Positions 13,001-26,009 of a stretch of 64,000 bases of DNA are shown here, piece by piece. Both the position numbers and the translations under genes were made by a program. Under the pieces are notes generated by a model. The model ran no database searches and was not told the origin of the DNA. It was given only the letters and a program-made list of their open reading frames with translations. Numbering within the stretch: position 1 is the first letter of the stretch; every line of letters starts with the position of its first letter. Source of the stretch: Azolla caroliniana (lineage: Eukaryota > Plantae > Polypodiophyta); assembly GCA_043228905.1 (NCBI GenBank), contig JBHGNT010000002.1, forward strand, positions 15,748,001 to 15,812,000, in the 5' to 3' direction.

Positions 13001-15677
13001 GAAGGCGTGTCCTATGCAGGACGGATCTCGTAAACTGGGGTCTGACACGACCCCCTTGATTCGCAACTCGTTGCGCTCCGGTAAGGGTGCCACGACTGGC
13101 CTTACCTTCCGGTCCACAGTCTTGTACTTCGTGTTAACCCGGGCCGTCCGATCCTAGTCGAGCCCTCGACTGAAGTCCGCGATGACTTCGTACATCTCTT
13201 CTGAACAAACCGGTATCGTTTGGTCCTCTTTAAGGCCCTCTCCGACCACCTCTCGCAGTACTCCCAAGATATCGTCGAAGGAGACCGCCTCCACGGTTCC
13301 GTTGATTTCCTCACTGGGCCCGAGAACTCCGCACGCCCGAAGTCGCTCTTCCGCCCTTGTCTTTTCTCGGCCAACGACGCCGACTATCGTACACCCTCCG
13401 TTGTCGGAGAAACAAAACTTCCTACTTATGGTACAAGGTTTCTTCGGTTTCGCCTCTATCGTACATTTGTGGGGTTTTCCCGGAGTGTCCGGACTGTCGC
13501 GGCCCCACGCCTTGACAACCCTCTCTAAAAATCCTCTCGGTTCTCGCCACCGAGGGACTCGCGATTTCGCTCGTGGTTTGGTCGCACCGTCAGGAACTGG
13601 ACCGAATGACGCCCGTCCTGACTCTTGACCCTCGCGTAAGCCGACCCATTGTCCAACACCTTGGTCTCCATCCGCGTTGCCGTAATGTACGGTTCTCCCA
13701 GTATGACCGAGTGTGAGGACGTCTCCTCCACAAAGAAGAGTTGGTCTATCTCGACGTCGCCGATCTTGACTCGCATGTTTGGGTAGGCCCCGTGTAGTTC
13801 GTCGGTGGTGCGCGTCGCCGCCCGTATCTTCCACCCGTGCTTGGTGTTGATCGGCCATTTCCCCTTTTTGTAGAAGTCCATGGACATCAAGTTTATTTCC
13901 GAACCGTGGTCCACTAGCGCCACCACCGGTTCCTGAACATCTCCGATCTTCACCGGGGTTTTCGTGGTCGCTCAGGCCCAGTGTGGCCTCGAATAGTGGC
14001 TCTCTGCCCACTCGTCTTCCATCGCCATGTCCTCCATGTGCGTTGTACGCACCTCCACCGGCCTTTCCAGTTCTGATCCGTCGACAGCCTCTTCCTCTTC
14101 ACCAAGTCTACAATGGAGTCGTGGAACTCCTTCTTGGCGATTCTGAGCACCTCCCGCAACGACAGTTCCACCTTGATGTTGAGGATTCGTTCTTCCAGGA
14201 CCTTTCGTAGGTCCGTGGTCCTTTCGATCTCCGTGCCCAAACGGTATCCGCCCTTCTTGTGGTTATCCCGAGCACTGGACTCACTGGCCTCGTTCCGTTT
14301 CGGCCCGAATCGGGTTTCGTATCTCTGTGAGGGTCCGGCCCCTCCGGTTTTACCTACTCGTTTGTCTTCAACCAGAGCCTCGTAGTTCTGGCAAGCTGCT
14401 TCGACGAACCCCGTCTTTTCTTCGACCGGGTCACTCCACCCAGTTACCTCCTGGACCCGCTTCTCCGCGCGGTCCGCCTTGTCTTTCTTTAGTCGGGCAC
14501 CGGCTAGGCCTTCCAGCACCATCGGCCAGAACCCAGCTTTGCTCTCCTTCCGGGCCTCGCTGCCTCCGACCCGAATGCGGGCTGACGCTGAGTAGTGGAC
14601 GGTCTCCGCGTGCCGGGCCGCCGCCTCTTCCATCAGCCTTTTCATTCCTCCTCGCCTGTCGTTTCGGTTCAAGACCCTCCGGGTATCGCTGGCGTGCACC
14701 CGACCTTCCCACAGGTACACTACCCGGCTTCTCAAAGCCTCCGCAAAGTCCCCGCAGTCTTTCCGGATGTGGCCGACCTCGTCGCACCACATGCACCTAT
14801 TTCCTACAGGAGGCCGTCGGTCACGAGCCTGATCGCCGCCTTCCCTCCGAGCCTGGGCAATCTAGAGAACCTTTACCACCCGTGTCAACTCCTCCAAAGC
14901 TGTCCCCCCGGACGAGTCTCTGACCATGTCGGTCGAAGCCGAACCGGTTTCGAGCCACTCCCGGGTCTCTTCCCGTCGTGCTTGCGGTATCGGTTCGAGC
15001 TTCCTTGTTGCGACAGGACCCGCCCCGGTCGCCCCTGTATCAGCCCACTCCCACCGTTTGTCAAAACGGCCGCAGACTCTTTTTACCGCGGCCCAGTCGG
15101 CCGTCAGCCCGTCTTCGGTTTCTAGTAAGGAGCCCACTTGCTCCCGATCCCGTGCGTCAACCGATTTGACAAACAGTAGGACACTACTTGTGTCCAGAAC
15201 GGTCTGATCGAGCGCCGAAAGGCGCGCAAAGCGATCCTCAAACTCCCGGAGGAGTGCCGACGCATTTCTTCCTTTATCGGGGGACTCCACCCACTCCGTG
15301 AAGCCTTGCTTCGAAAGTTGAAGCGTGTCATCCAGCCCGTATTTCTCCACGAGCCGTCCTTTGAACTCCTCCCAGGTCCGGCTCTCCGCCCGGACCTCGA
15401 GCACCTCCGCATGGATGCCCGGCATCGCCACTCGAGGGAATCCAGCAAGACGCCTCTCTTCCGGAATATCCCTCATCAACATCTCCGCCTGGTAGGACAC
15501 CAAATAACTCGTGGCATCCTTTCCACTGAACCGGCCGATCATACCGACAATCGCCTCAATAGCCCTGTCAAGGGCGCCGGTGCCCTCGCGCGCGCTCACT
15601 ATCCGATCCACGACCAAAGCCATCGCCTCTTCAAGATCCGACCCCCTCATCTTCTGCTCCTCTGCCGCCTTTTTCAC
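10030..15677 (-). pseudogene. G1 gag-protease and pol (RT, RNase H, integrase) with stops and frameshifts
   Basis: CMWCDEVGHIRKDC knuckle; ALVDHGSEIN protease; DLYSGYDQF..LPQG..FLDD RT; DTSPTG/ETD RNase H; H..HRG..C zinc finger; VDLV..ADHGE..NGKVERGH integrase; WFGPY. Confidence 0.93.
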
Positions 15678-15714
15678 TTCGGGTTCACCAAATATGTCAC
15701 GTTACTACGCGCGT

Positions 15715-18700
15715 TGTCGCGTTGTTACGTGCGTGCGTGGAGAAAGGCGGGACCACGGGGGTCTTGGACTAGGGAGTGATGGAGCGCAGGAAGTCGTGCT
15801 TCACCGTTTCCGGGGCATCCCAGAAGCACACCGGAAGCAACCGGAGGGAGAGGGAGAGAGAGAGAGAGAGCGCTCTTAACACCGACTCACACGCACTCAC
15901 TCACACACACAGGCCAACCCGACTCACACCCTTAAGTACAGGAAGTGCAGGAAAGGGGAAGCACCCAACACCAACGAAGACGCAAATATATACAGACAGA
16001 CGCAAACGTATATATGTATATAAAAGAAGAATGCATTCCCGGCTTCGAGCTGTTCCAAGGCAGGTTACAGTAGTCATCAGCTGCCAAGCCGCCGTCAGGG
16101 AGCTCACGGGCTCGTCGCGCCGAGCGGGGTCTTGCACAGGAGATGAGCTGAAGCAAACCCTAAGCGAACACGAAGGAGAAGAAGAAGAAGGAGAAGAAGA
16201 AACTAACTCTAAACCTAACGGTATACCCTCTAATGCAAAATGGGCAACCCTTTCCCAAAGGGTGTTCCCTTCCTTTTATAGAACAAGGAGAGGGATGCGT
16301 TACAATGTGGGACAAATCCCGACATACATGGGATCGTCTGTCCCGACTTGACTACTGTTCGGCGCCATAAAGGCGCCCTCGTTATTCACACTAAATGTAC
16401 ATGGGTGCATACACATGCTGCACCCCGCCGATGTAGCCAATATTTCCCGGTTTCCGCCTCTGGCCGAAATTCTTCACGACATCCGCCCCCACCTAATTGC
16501 ACGTCCACCGGTACGTGCCAAGTCTGGTTGAAGGGTGAGAGATTTCGGCCGGTGAGAAACCGGTCTCCAGTGATCCGCATCTCGGCTCGCTGCCGGTTTG
16601 ATCCGTCGGCTCCGAGTCTTCCTTCGCGCTCGCCTCCCCGTAGGCTCGTTTGACCCGTCGATGGTCCTCTGCCGCAATCTCCGTAGTACGCGTACTTCCG
16701 TTGGCCCTTGTTCGGCCGTATGAACGCCCCGCTTCCCGCCATAGGCCCGATGTCCTCCGCTTGAGGCATGCCCGTAATGGCCCGCTTGGCCTCCGTTGAC
16801 CAACCGTGATGTCCTGATGTTGTTTCGCGTTGGCTTCGTCCTTTCGCCGCCACCTTCCTTCTCCATGGTCTTACATCGCCGCGTCGGCTCGAACCGCCAT
16901 GGTCTCTGGAACGGTGTGGAGGATCCCTTTCCGGTCTTCTCCGCGATACCTCCAAACCGTGCAACCTATCTCCGCGCTCGCCTTTCCGCTCCGGCACCTC
17001 CGTGTGCCACATACCCTCGTTCGTTGTTTGGCACTACCTATGTCGCACTTCGGTTCATTGCACGCCTTGTCGGCCCCCATTTTGGCCAGATCGTGCATCG
17101 CCGCTCACCCGCATATCGGTGTCCTTTGCATCCGAGGAACACCCCGTAGTAGCCCGCTTGGCCCTTCCCGTCTTCGTGCTGCCGCGATAGGTCCTGAGTC
17201 TTCCGCTTGCCATCGTCCCCTCGCCCCCACCAACTTGTCACCCCGGGCTTGCCGTGTCAGTCTTCGCTACTTCGACGGAGCTACCGAGATCTACGAAGTG
17301 AGTGTGGAGGATCCTCCTCCGGCCTCTCTTGCCATCCCCTGCCTCCGACCCTGTGCACTCCACTAGGCACTTGTCACTTCGTTCCCGGCACCTCTCTTGT
17401 GCCGTCTTCCGCTTCCTTCGTTCGGCCCCGCCCGCGCCGATCACCGTCCCGTAGTCACGCTTCGATCCGGCCCGCGATGGCCACTTGCGAGACCCTTGTT
17501 CTGTCCCAGGTGTGCCTTTCCGGCATGACACACCTCCCTGTGTTTGCCCCTACCGGCTCCTTCCGAACCCTCGTGTCGTCGGGTCCCGTTCCCTGCCGCC
17601 ACCAACCTTCTCTCTCGGTCTCATGTTGCCATGTTGGCCGAACTGCCGGAGTCTCCCGATCGGTGTGAGGGTCCCATAGGACCGGACTCCGTTTCTATGC
17701 TTGCCGAAATTCGGGTGCATTTTGTTTGAGTCCCTCCCGGACTCTCCTCGTGTCTTCCGCGTAGTCGGGTCCCGTTTCCCGCTGCCACCAACCTTCTCTC
17801 TCGGTCTCATGTTGCCACGTTGGCCGAACTGCCGGAGTCTCTGGTTAAGTGTGGGGATCCCGTAGGACCAGACTTCCTTCCGCCCTTGCCTTCGTCACCT
17901 CGCCGCCACCATCAGTATCTTGGTCTTACGTCGACCGCGTTGCCGACTGCCTAAGTCTCTAGAACCGGTGTGAAGGATCCTCCGTAGACCGCCCTTTTGT
18001 TTTCTCGACCCTGTCCCGGGTCGTCCCTTTCCGCATGCCGAGAGGGCGTTTTGTTCCGCACCCTCTCCCGTGGTACCGACGTACTGTCTCCTCGGCCTCT
18101 CCGTAGACCCTTTGCCTTCGTCACCTCGCCACCACCGTTAGTATCTTGGTCTTACGTCAACCGCGTTGCCGACTGCCGAAGTCTCTAGAACCTGTGTGAA
18201 GGATCCTCCGTAGGTCTTCTCCGCTTCCTCCCTCCCGGAATGGTCATCCGGGAGTCTGCTCCGCCCGGTTCTCGTCCGGGTCCGTTCGTCCTTCTCCGGA
18301 TTGCCGAGTCCCGTTCTTCTGTCGCCACCGATCTCTCTTATAGGACTCACACCGGCACTCAAGCCTACAGCCGGATCGGTGTAAGGAATCCCATAGAACC
18401 GGCTTTCATTCTCTTTCCATATCTCGACCTTCACCCGGTCGGTCTTTCACCCCATGTAAAAGAGGGCAGCTCGTCCTGCACCCCCTTCCGTATCGGCACT
18501 TTCATGCCGAATCCGGCCCCGATCGAACAATCCACAACCGGATCACGCTCCACCCGTATCGGAATGCCGATCCCCTCGTGCCGCGTCCATCCTCGGTCTC
18601 CTCGCAGGCCGTTTCCCATCCGTCTTCGCTGGCATCGTGCCAAGACTCCTCGGTACCGCCATCCATCTCCTCGGTCTTACATGGGCATACGGGCCCGAAT

Positions 18701-20113
18701 GCCGAGTTCTCCGGAATCGGGTCCGTGGGCTTTCGTCCGTTCCTTCCCCGTATCGTCTCGCCGGTGATTCTTGGCCTTTCGCCACCGCCTTCCTCCGCTT
18801 GGGACTCACGTGGGCACTCGGGCCCGATTGCCATCGTCTCGGGAGCAAGTGTGGGAAGACACAAGGAATCGCCCGTCCGTTTTACGCCCTTGTCCGTAGC
18901 CACCGACTCTTCGTGGTCGGCGGTCGTCTTCTTACCGATCGCGCAAGCCCCGTCTGGGCTTGCTTCTCCAATGACCGGGATCTCGGGCTGACACGCCCGA
19001 AACCGTTGGTCCCAACGTTCCCGTTCCGCGATCTGTATCTCGGCCTCGTCCTTGGCCGTTCTATCTCCGCAAGTCGAGAGGGCATTTCGTTCCGCACCCT
19101 CTCCCGTGGTACCGTGGTACCGATCTTCCGCCGTCGCGTGGCGCAAGTCCGTCTTCTCAGTCTTGGCTTGCAGCCTCCGTCTTTCCTCTTCCTCGAGCAT
19201 CGCTTCGAGAGCTGCGTACGCCTCCGCAATCCTGGCCCCAACGCCGACCCTTGCCGACTCTCTTTGTCGTTCGGCCTCTTCCCGCTGTGATGGCACGCCA
19301 TCGCGTACCTTCCTCTTAGCCTTCTCGGCTCGCTCGTTGTCTAGCCGTTAGCACACCCTTCCGACCTTCGACCAGTCCTCTGTAAGCCCATTCGCTCCAT
19401 CATCGTCTTCGAGCTCAATCCCGATGGCCTCCCGTTCCGCTCGGTCGGTCAACCTGACGAACAAAAGGACTTTGTCTGCCCCCACCAAACCTTGTTCCCG
19501 CTCCGGGAGCCGAGCAAACCGTCACTCGAACTCTCGGAACGCCTTCGTCGCGCCCCGGTGGGTCTTTGCCGATGCTACCCACTGGTCGAAGTCGTGTCGT
19601 CCCCGGCTCTTCCACTGTCCTCTGTATGCCTTCAGGAGCGGCTCTTCGAAGGCCTCCCACGAACCATGAGCCTCACAGAGCTCCTTTACTTCCACATGCA
19701 TCCGGGCAACTACGACCCGATAGAAGAACTCCAGCCTCAACGTCTCGTCTACGCCACGCTCCTCCATTTCCGCGTTGTAGGCTTCCAAGTAAGATGGGAC
19801 TCTGTCCCCGCTAAAACGGTCGACTCTTTCAACCACTCACTCCACCGCTTGTTGCGCTGCTTCTCGCCTCATCACCACTCGTGCCGACTCCAACACCACT
19901 TCGGCCACCATCTCCGCAAGGTCGTCGTCTTCCGACTCCATCCTCCCTTGCCGCCTTTCACGTCGGGTTCACCAAATATGTCGCGTTGTTACGCGCGTGC
20001 ATGGAGAAAGGCGGGACCACGGGGGTCTTGGACTAGGGAGTGATGGAGTGTAGGAAGTCGTGCTTCACCGTTTCCGGGGCATCCCAGAAGCACACCGGAA
20101 GCAACCGGAGGGA

Positions 20114-20158
<45 letters not shown>

Positions 20159-20765
20159 CTTAACACCGACTCACGCGCACTCACTCACATACACAGGCCA
20201 ACCCGACTCACACCCTTAAGTATAGGAAGTGCAGGAAAGGGGAAGCACCCGACACCAACGAAGATGCGAATATACACAGACAGACACAAACGTATATATG
20301 TATATAAAAGAAGAATACATTCCCAGCTTCGAGCCGTTCCAAGGCAGGTTACAGTAGTCGTCAGCTGCCAAGCCGCCGTCGGGGAGCTCACGGGCTCGTC
20401 GCGCCGAGCGGGGTCTTGCGTAGGAGATGAGCTGAAGCAAACCCTAAGCGAACACGAAGGAGAAGAAGAAGAAGGAGAAGAAGAAACTAACTCTAAACCT
20501 AACGGTATACCCTCTAATGCAAAATGGGCAACCCTTTCCCAAAGGGTGTTCCCTTCCTTTTATAGAACAAGGAGAGGGATGCGTTACAATGTGGGACAAA
20601 TCCAGACTTACATGGGATCGTTTGTCCCGACTTGACTACTCTTCGACGTCGTAAAGGCGCCCTCGTTATTCACACTAAATGTACATGGGTGCGTACACAC
20701 GCTGCACCCCGCCGATGTAGCCAATATTTCCCGGTTTCCGCCTCTGGCCGAAATTCTTCACGACA
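15715..20765 (-). mobile_element. Gypsy G2, non-autonomous gag-only element inserted in the G1 5' LTR
   Basis: LTRs 15715-16481 and 19979-20765. TSD GCGT at 15711-15714 and 20766-20769. PBS TGGTGAACCCGACGTGAA at 19957-19974. gag remnant 19300-19950 (VDRFSGDRVPSYL), then low-complexity ORFs with internal duplications. No RT or integrase motifs. Confidence 0.92.
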
Positions 20766-22192
20766 GCGTGCGTGGAGAAACGAGGCGGAACCACCGGGGT
20801 CTTGGACCGAAGAGCAGGTGATAGGAGGGGAAAGAGAAAGAGAGAGACGATCGGTAACGTATGAGCAAAGAAACACAGGGAAACGGCCCATCAACGCAGA
20901 AAACACGAATGGACACAGAGACAGAGAGACACGAATGTTTGTATATTATCAAATGACAAAAAAACAACAGAGCACGCAAGTGGTTACAACCGAACAGACC
21001 GGCGAACAGATGTCGATGCCTGTTCGTCTGCACACGAAAGGGGATAGGATAGAGGTGCTGCCGGAAGCACACGGGCGTTCCTCGAAGCAGCGCGAGCCTC
21101 CCGAAATCCTGCAGAGAAGAGCGATGGAGAATGAACAGAGGAGAAGCGTTCGGTTACGGTTCGACAACACTTCGTCCTCCTCAATGCGCGATTTCCTTCT
21201 CCTCCGCGTTTCCCTCTTTTATAGCTTCAGGAAGGGAGCCGTCTCCCTCATTTACTTCCTACCCCCCAGATATGCCTATGTACCTAATTCCCTATTATAT
21301 ACATTAAAGGGCGCGCACGCGTGAAGAGCCGGTTCACGCGCGCTATGCACCGATTGCGCTAAGGGACAGTTTTCTTCACGACAACGTACTTTTCCTGTGA
21401 CAACCATAGCATTTTCTTTGTTCGATCCCACACTATATGCATCCCCAAGATTTTTTCACCGGACCCCAAGATTTTTTCACCTTGAGAACGACCTACTCAA
21501 GGCCTTCTTCAGCATTCGAATCTTCACTTGGTCTCGTTCGACAATCAACATGTCATCTACATATAGCAGGAGAATAAGGCAATCTCCTCCATCAAACTTC
21601 TTCACAAACAAACAGTGGTTGGCCTATGTTTTGTGGTACCCTTGATTGACAATGAAGGATTTGAACTTCTGGTACCATTGTCGGGGAGCTTGCTTCAGTC
21701 CATACAGGATCTTCCTTAACCAACACACTAGGTTCTCCTTTCGTTTCTCAATGAATCCTTCCAGTTGTTGCATATAGATTTCTTCCTCTAAATCTCCATG
21801 CAGAAAGGTCGTCTTAACGTCCATTTGTTCGACTTCTAGATCCATGTTGACCACTATGCTTAGCACCGTTCGGATGGATGTCATTTTTACTACTAGAGAA
21901 AATATTTTGATGAAATTGACACCCTTCTTCTATTGGAAGCCTTTTATGATTATTCAGGCTTTATGTCTGGGTTTCTAAGTGGATTAAAATTCATCAAATA
22001 TATTGTATTAGATATCATTCATTTGCAACTTCTATAAACTGGCAAAGTAGGGTACCTATACCAATTGCATTCGTTCTACGATGTAAGTTGCGTCCCCTAC
22101 CATTTTGGTTACATGTAAATTGGATTTCCACTCATGGAAATGAGATACCTAGAGATCAGGTTTTAGTTCTTGAATATGTAATGATAGAAATA

Positions 22193-22265
22193 TGGAGATG
22201 CAGTGTATCGATCCCAATGGCTCTTGCTTGCTAATCGAGCACTCTACTATTTGAGCTATATCCCC
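22193..22265 (-). pseudogene. Degenerate tRNA-Ala copy
   Basis: Minus strand GGGGATATAGCTCAAATAGTAGAGTGCTCGATTAGCAAGCAAGAGCCATTGGGATCGATACACTGCATCTCCA, with many stem mismatches. Confidence 0.75.
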
Positions 22266-22584
22266 ATGAAATTTTGGTATTTATCCAACACGCAAAGTTC
22301 AGTGATATTTAACATTCAAAAGTATTACATTTATCTAAATTTTGTTAATAAATAGAGATGTTAATTCAATTTATCTGAATTCTGTTAATAAATAGAGATG
22401 TTAATTCATTTAATTCAAATGATATTTAACATGAAGTATTACATTTATCTGAATTTTGTTAATAAATAGATATGTTAATTCAATTTAACTTAATTTTGTT
22501 AATAAATAGAGATGTTAATTCAGTTGTTGCTGCATATGTGTCTACGGTATTGATCCAATTCTGGAACATGGAATGATAGAAATA

Positions 22585-22657
22585 TGGAGATGTGGGGTAT
22601 CGATCCCCATCCCTCTCACATGCTAAGCGAGCGCTCCACCATTTGAGCTACATCCCC
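22585..22657 (-). tRNA. tRNA-Ala(AGC), near-canonical; may be a pseudogene
   Basis: Minus strand GGGGATGTAGCTCAAATGGTGGAGCGCTCGCTTAGCATGTGAGAGGGATGGGGATCGATACCCCACATCTCCA: 73 nt, AGC anticodon, G3:U70 pair, GATCGA T-loop typical of eukaryotic tRNA-Ala. Confidence 0.85.
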
Positions 22658-23054
22658 ATGAGTTTTGCTATTGATGCAACATGATAGTCCATTGATACTT
22701 CAAATTCAAAAGTATTGTATTCATCTGAGTTTTGTTTATCAATAGAGATATTAATGCAAGTGTTTTTTTATATGTGTGTACGATATTGATCCAATTTGTG
22801 TTGTGACCTATCCTTTTTTATCTACTTTTCAAGTGGATTTAAATTCACCAAACTTAGACACTTTGCATTTATGTTTGATATCATTCATTTGCAAAGATAT
22901 AAAATGGCAAAGTAGGCTAAACGGATAACCTATACCATTCACATGTAAATTGCATCCCTTACCATTATGGTTCCATGGATAGTGGATTTCCACTCATGGA
23001 AATGAGATACATAGAGATCGAGTTTCAATTCTTGAATATGTAATAATAGAAATA

Positions 23055-23127
23055 TAGAGATGAGAGGTATCGATCCCCATACCTCTCACATGTTAAGCAA
23101 GCGCTCTACCATCTGAGCTACATCCCA
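23055..23127 (-). pseudogene. Degenerate tRNA-Ala copy (anticodon mutated to AAC)
   Basis: Minus strand TGGGATGTAGCTCAGATGGTAGAGCGCTTGCTTAACATGTGAGAGGTATGGGGATCGATACCTCTCATCTCTA. Confidence 0.75.
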
Positions 23128-23299
23128 CGATATTTTGGTACTTATGCAACATGCATAAAGTCCATTGATATTTAACATTCAAAAGTATTGTGTTCTTCTA
23201 TGTTTTGTTTATAAATAGAGAAGATAATTCATTTAATTCAAGTGTGTTCTTTCCCCTTGAAGATATACACTTTGGTGTTATAAAATCATAAGAAATACA

Positions 23300-24810
23300 A
23301 AAGTTGTGTTGGTTAAAGTTGTATACCAACCGACTCCATTGTGCCACATCATAGCTAATTTGATGTGTATATACAAGAACTACACATATTTGTACAACAT
23401 ATATCCAAGATTTTTATGGTCTACTCCAAAACTGCAATTCAGCATGTAATGTAACCAATACCACCAACATCTGTAGCAATAGAGTCCATGAATAAAGTTA
23501 ATAGACATTTTTTCCCAAAATGACAGGAACATTATATATCCATATTATATGATCTCCATCTTCCCTAAAAATGAGAATTGAATCCCATAACCTCTTAAAA
23601 TGCATTTGCTTCCTAAAAATGGCATTAGCATTGCCTATAAAACTTTCGTACTAATCACGTAATGTATGAAGAAGTAACAACCAAAATTAAGCAATTATAA
23701 CTAAAACATCATGAGTGAGGTTGTCAAAAACTGATGTACATCGTGCCTTCCAAATTACCCAAATAAGAATACATGAAATTTTCTTCCAAATAATATCATC
23801 CCTAAATTGCAAACTATCACTTAGAAAAGGTTGAACCATTTGTATATGAGGAGGAACTATGTGAAAGGCTTCCACTATATCCTCCTTTTCATATAACAAT
23901 AGTTGTCCCTCTAGAATGCCCCACCTAACTGCACCCCAAGTGATCACACAATTAGGATGTACCAATATCAACAGCCTTAATATGCTCTTCCATGCTTGCA
24001 TAATTTTCGGACAAGACCACAATACATGCTTAATTGATTCCATCATACATCCACAACCAACTCCACATTACTTACTATTTAGTTGGCGTAACCAAGCTTG
24101 AACCGGTAGTGCATAATGGATCAATAACCAATGAAAAAGTACAATCTTCTTGGGAATTTTCATACTCCATAATCATGTCCAATATTTAGATGCATCCATT
24201 AAAGAGGCCCCATTTGTCAACCACACTTTCATAGTGGATGGCGAATGCAATTTCCTACTTAAGAGCAATTTCGTCCCAACTTAACAGAATATTGAAAAAA
24301 CTGAATAAATTTAATATGAGATGAAGGATTTGAATGTTTTGAAAGGTAATCTGATGGATCCCTATGCAAATCCAACAACAACTTTTTTTTAAATACCCAT
24401 AGTTGGAAAAATAATATACTATCAAAAGTAGAAGGATCTAAAATCCACCTTTTATGAGATTTACCAATCACTCTCACCGAATGTTGCAATGTTGTTACCA
24501 AATTGACAATTCCACATCAGTTTTCCATAATTTTCCTTTCTCAGATACATCAAAATAGTAATAGTCTCCCTGAGACGTTGTTCCTTTTACTCCTATCATA
24601 ACACCAATTGGAGTAAAATATCCAAACCAAACATGCACAAAAGAAGGTGACCAATTAGAGAGAAAATTCCCTAAAGATAACTAAATTGCATCAAACATAG
24701 CTCTCAAACCCCTACACCTAGTCGCATGAAGCTAAGAATTATTAAGATGGAAAACATAATTTCCCCAAGAGACTACCTTGCTAGCTATACCATTATCTCA
24801 CTCAGCCCAT
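23300..24810 (-). mobile_element. 5'-truncated LINE remnant (ORF2 C-terminus, zf-RVT region)
   Basis: ESIKHVLWSC and ILIWVIWKARCTSVF in ORF 23687-24046 match the L1/Tx1-type ORF2 C-terminal pattern. Many stops; boundaries approximate. Confidence 0.7.
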
Positions 24811-26009
24811 TCATGGATACAAAGTCGCATGTTGGTTCATAGTATTTTGTGACCTTCATATATGACTGTAGCCGGAAGTTGTGGGCTATTGTGCTGAAGA
24901 CGAAAGATCAAGTATTATCAGTCTTCAAAGTGAGCCAAAAGAGAAACCGACCGAAAATTGAAGGTTGTCTGACAGGACAATGGTCGAGAGTATCACGGAC
25001 CGTTCGAGGAATACTGCTGAGCGCAAGGAATCAGGCTTGAGTATATTGTGCCGAAGATGCTAGAGCTTAACGTGTTGGCTGAGAGAATGAACCGGACCGT
25101 AATGGAGAGGGTCTGAAGTATTCTTGCACATGCAAAGTTACCGAAGACGTTCTGGGCTGAGGCGTTGATGACGGCTGCATATGTGATAAACCAATCTTCC
25201 TCAGTACCCTTGGACAGTGATATTCCACAAAGGGTGTGGAGAGGCAAAGGTGTTTCATACCGACACTTGAGGGTGTTCGGTTGTCTGGCCTATATGCATG
25301 TTGCAAAGGACCAGAGGGGTAAGTTGGACCCGAAATCTCAACCATGTATATTTCTCGGCTACGATGATAACGAATTCAGCTATTGGCTATGGAACTTAGC
25401 CGAGAGGAAGGCTATTTTGTGGTTTTCATGTAGGGAATCCATCTTGTCTTTCATAGCCCTTAGCCACTCTCTATGGTGGGTGTCTTTGTTTGCTTCCTCG
25501 AAGCTTTCCAGCTCCCCCTCATCGGTTAGCAGCACATGTTCCTTCTCTGGGAATCTTTGAAGCGGCCTTCTTTCTCTTAGAGGGTACATCGTCTTCCTCT
25601 GATTTCCTCAGTCGGGTCGCTAGGATTTTCTTCTTCTCCATTGACTAGTTCTTCATCTTGGTTGGAGTCGGCAACTTCTTCTTCCTCATCGGGTCCAACT
25701 CCATGTCCGACTCTGACTCCCCACTCGCCTCCAACTGGCCTGACTCCTTGTCCCAACTAGAATGAAGCTCCTTGAAGACGGGCAGTGCCTAGTCCTTCAT
25801 CTTCTGCGTGGAGACCTACAGATTCTGGCTATGGTCATCTATGAAGGTCACAATGTACTATGATCCAGCATGTGACTTCGTGTCCAGGGAGCATACATCG
25901 GTATGCATGAGTTCAACCAGTGCCTTCCTTCTCATCGGTGATCTCTGGCGGAAAGAGGTTCTATTTTTCTTACCAGCTAAACAATTAGTGCACTACTCTA
26001 GTTGCACGT

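Larger units (their letters stand above)
9363..21383 (-). mobile_element. Gypsy G1, full-length but decayed Ty3/gypsy element
   Basis: TGTC..CGACA LTRs at 9363-10013 and 15695-15714 plus 20770-21383. 4-bp TSD ACGT at 9359-9362 and 21384-21387. PBS complementary to tRNA-Trp at ~15673-15690. PPT at ~10014-10024. Confidence 0.95.
21975..23250 (-). repeat. AT-rich tandem array with one tRNA-Ala per unit (spacings 392 and 470 bp)
   Basis: Three tRNA-Ala copies share flanks. 21975-22340 resembles 22830-23230. Internal ~40-bp repeats TTGTTAATAAATAGAGATGTTAATTCA at 22340-22520. Confidence 0.8.

Noticed and set aside
15776-19300. Many long overlapping ORFs in the G2 LTR and interior as cargo genes
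   Set aside because: GC-rich, stop-poor sequence with internal duplications and no recognisable domain beyond gag.
23055-23127. tRNA-Val(AAC)
   Set aside because: The body is tRNA-Ala and AAC is a single G>A change in a decayed copy.
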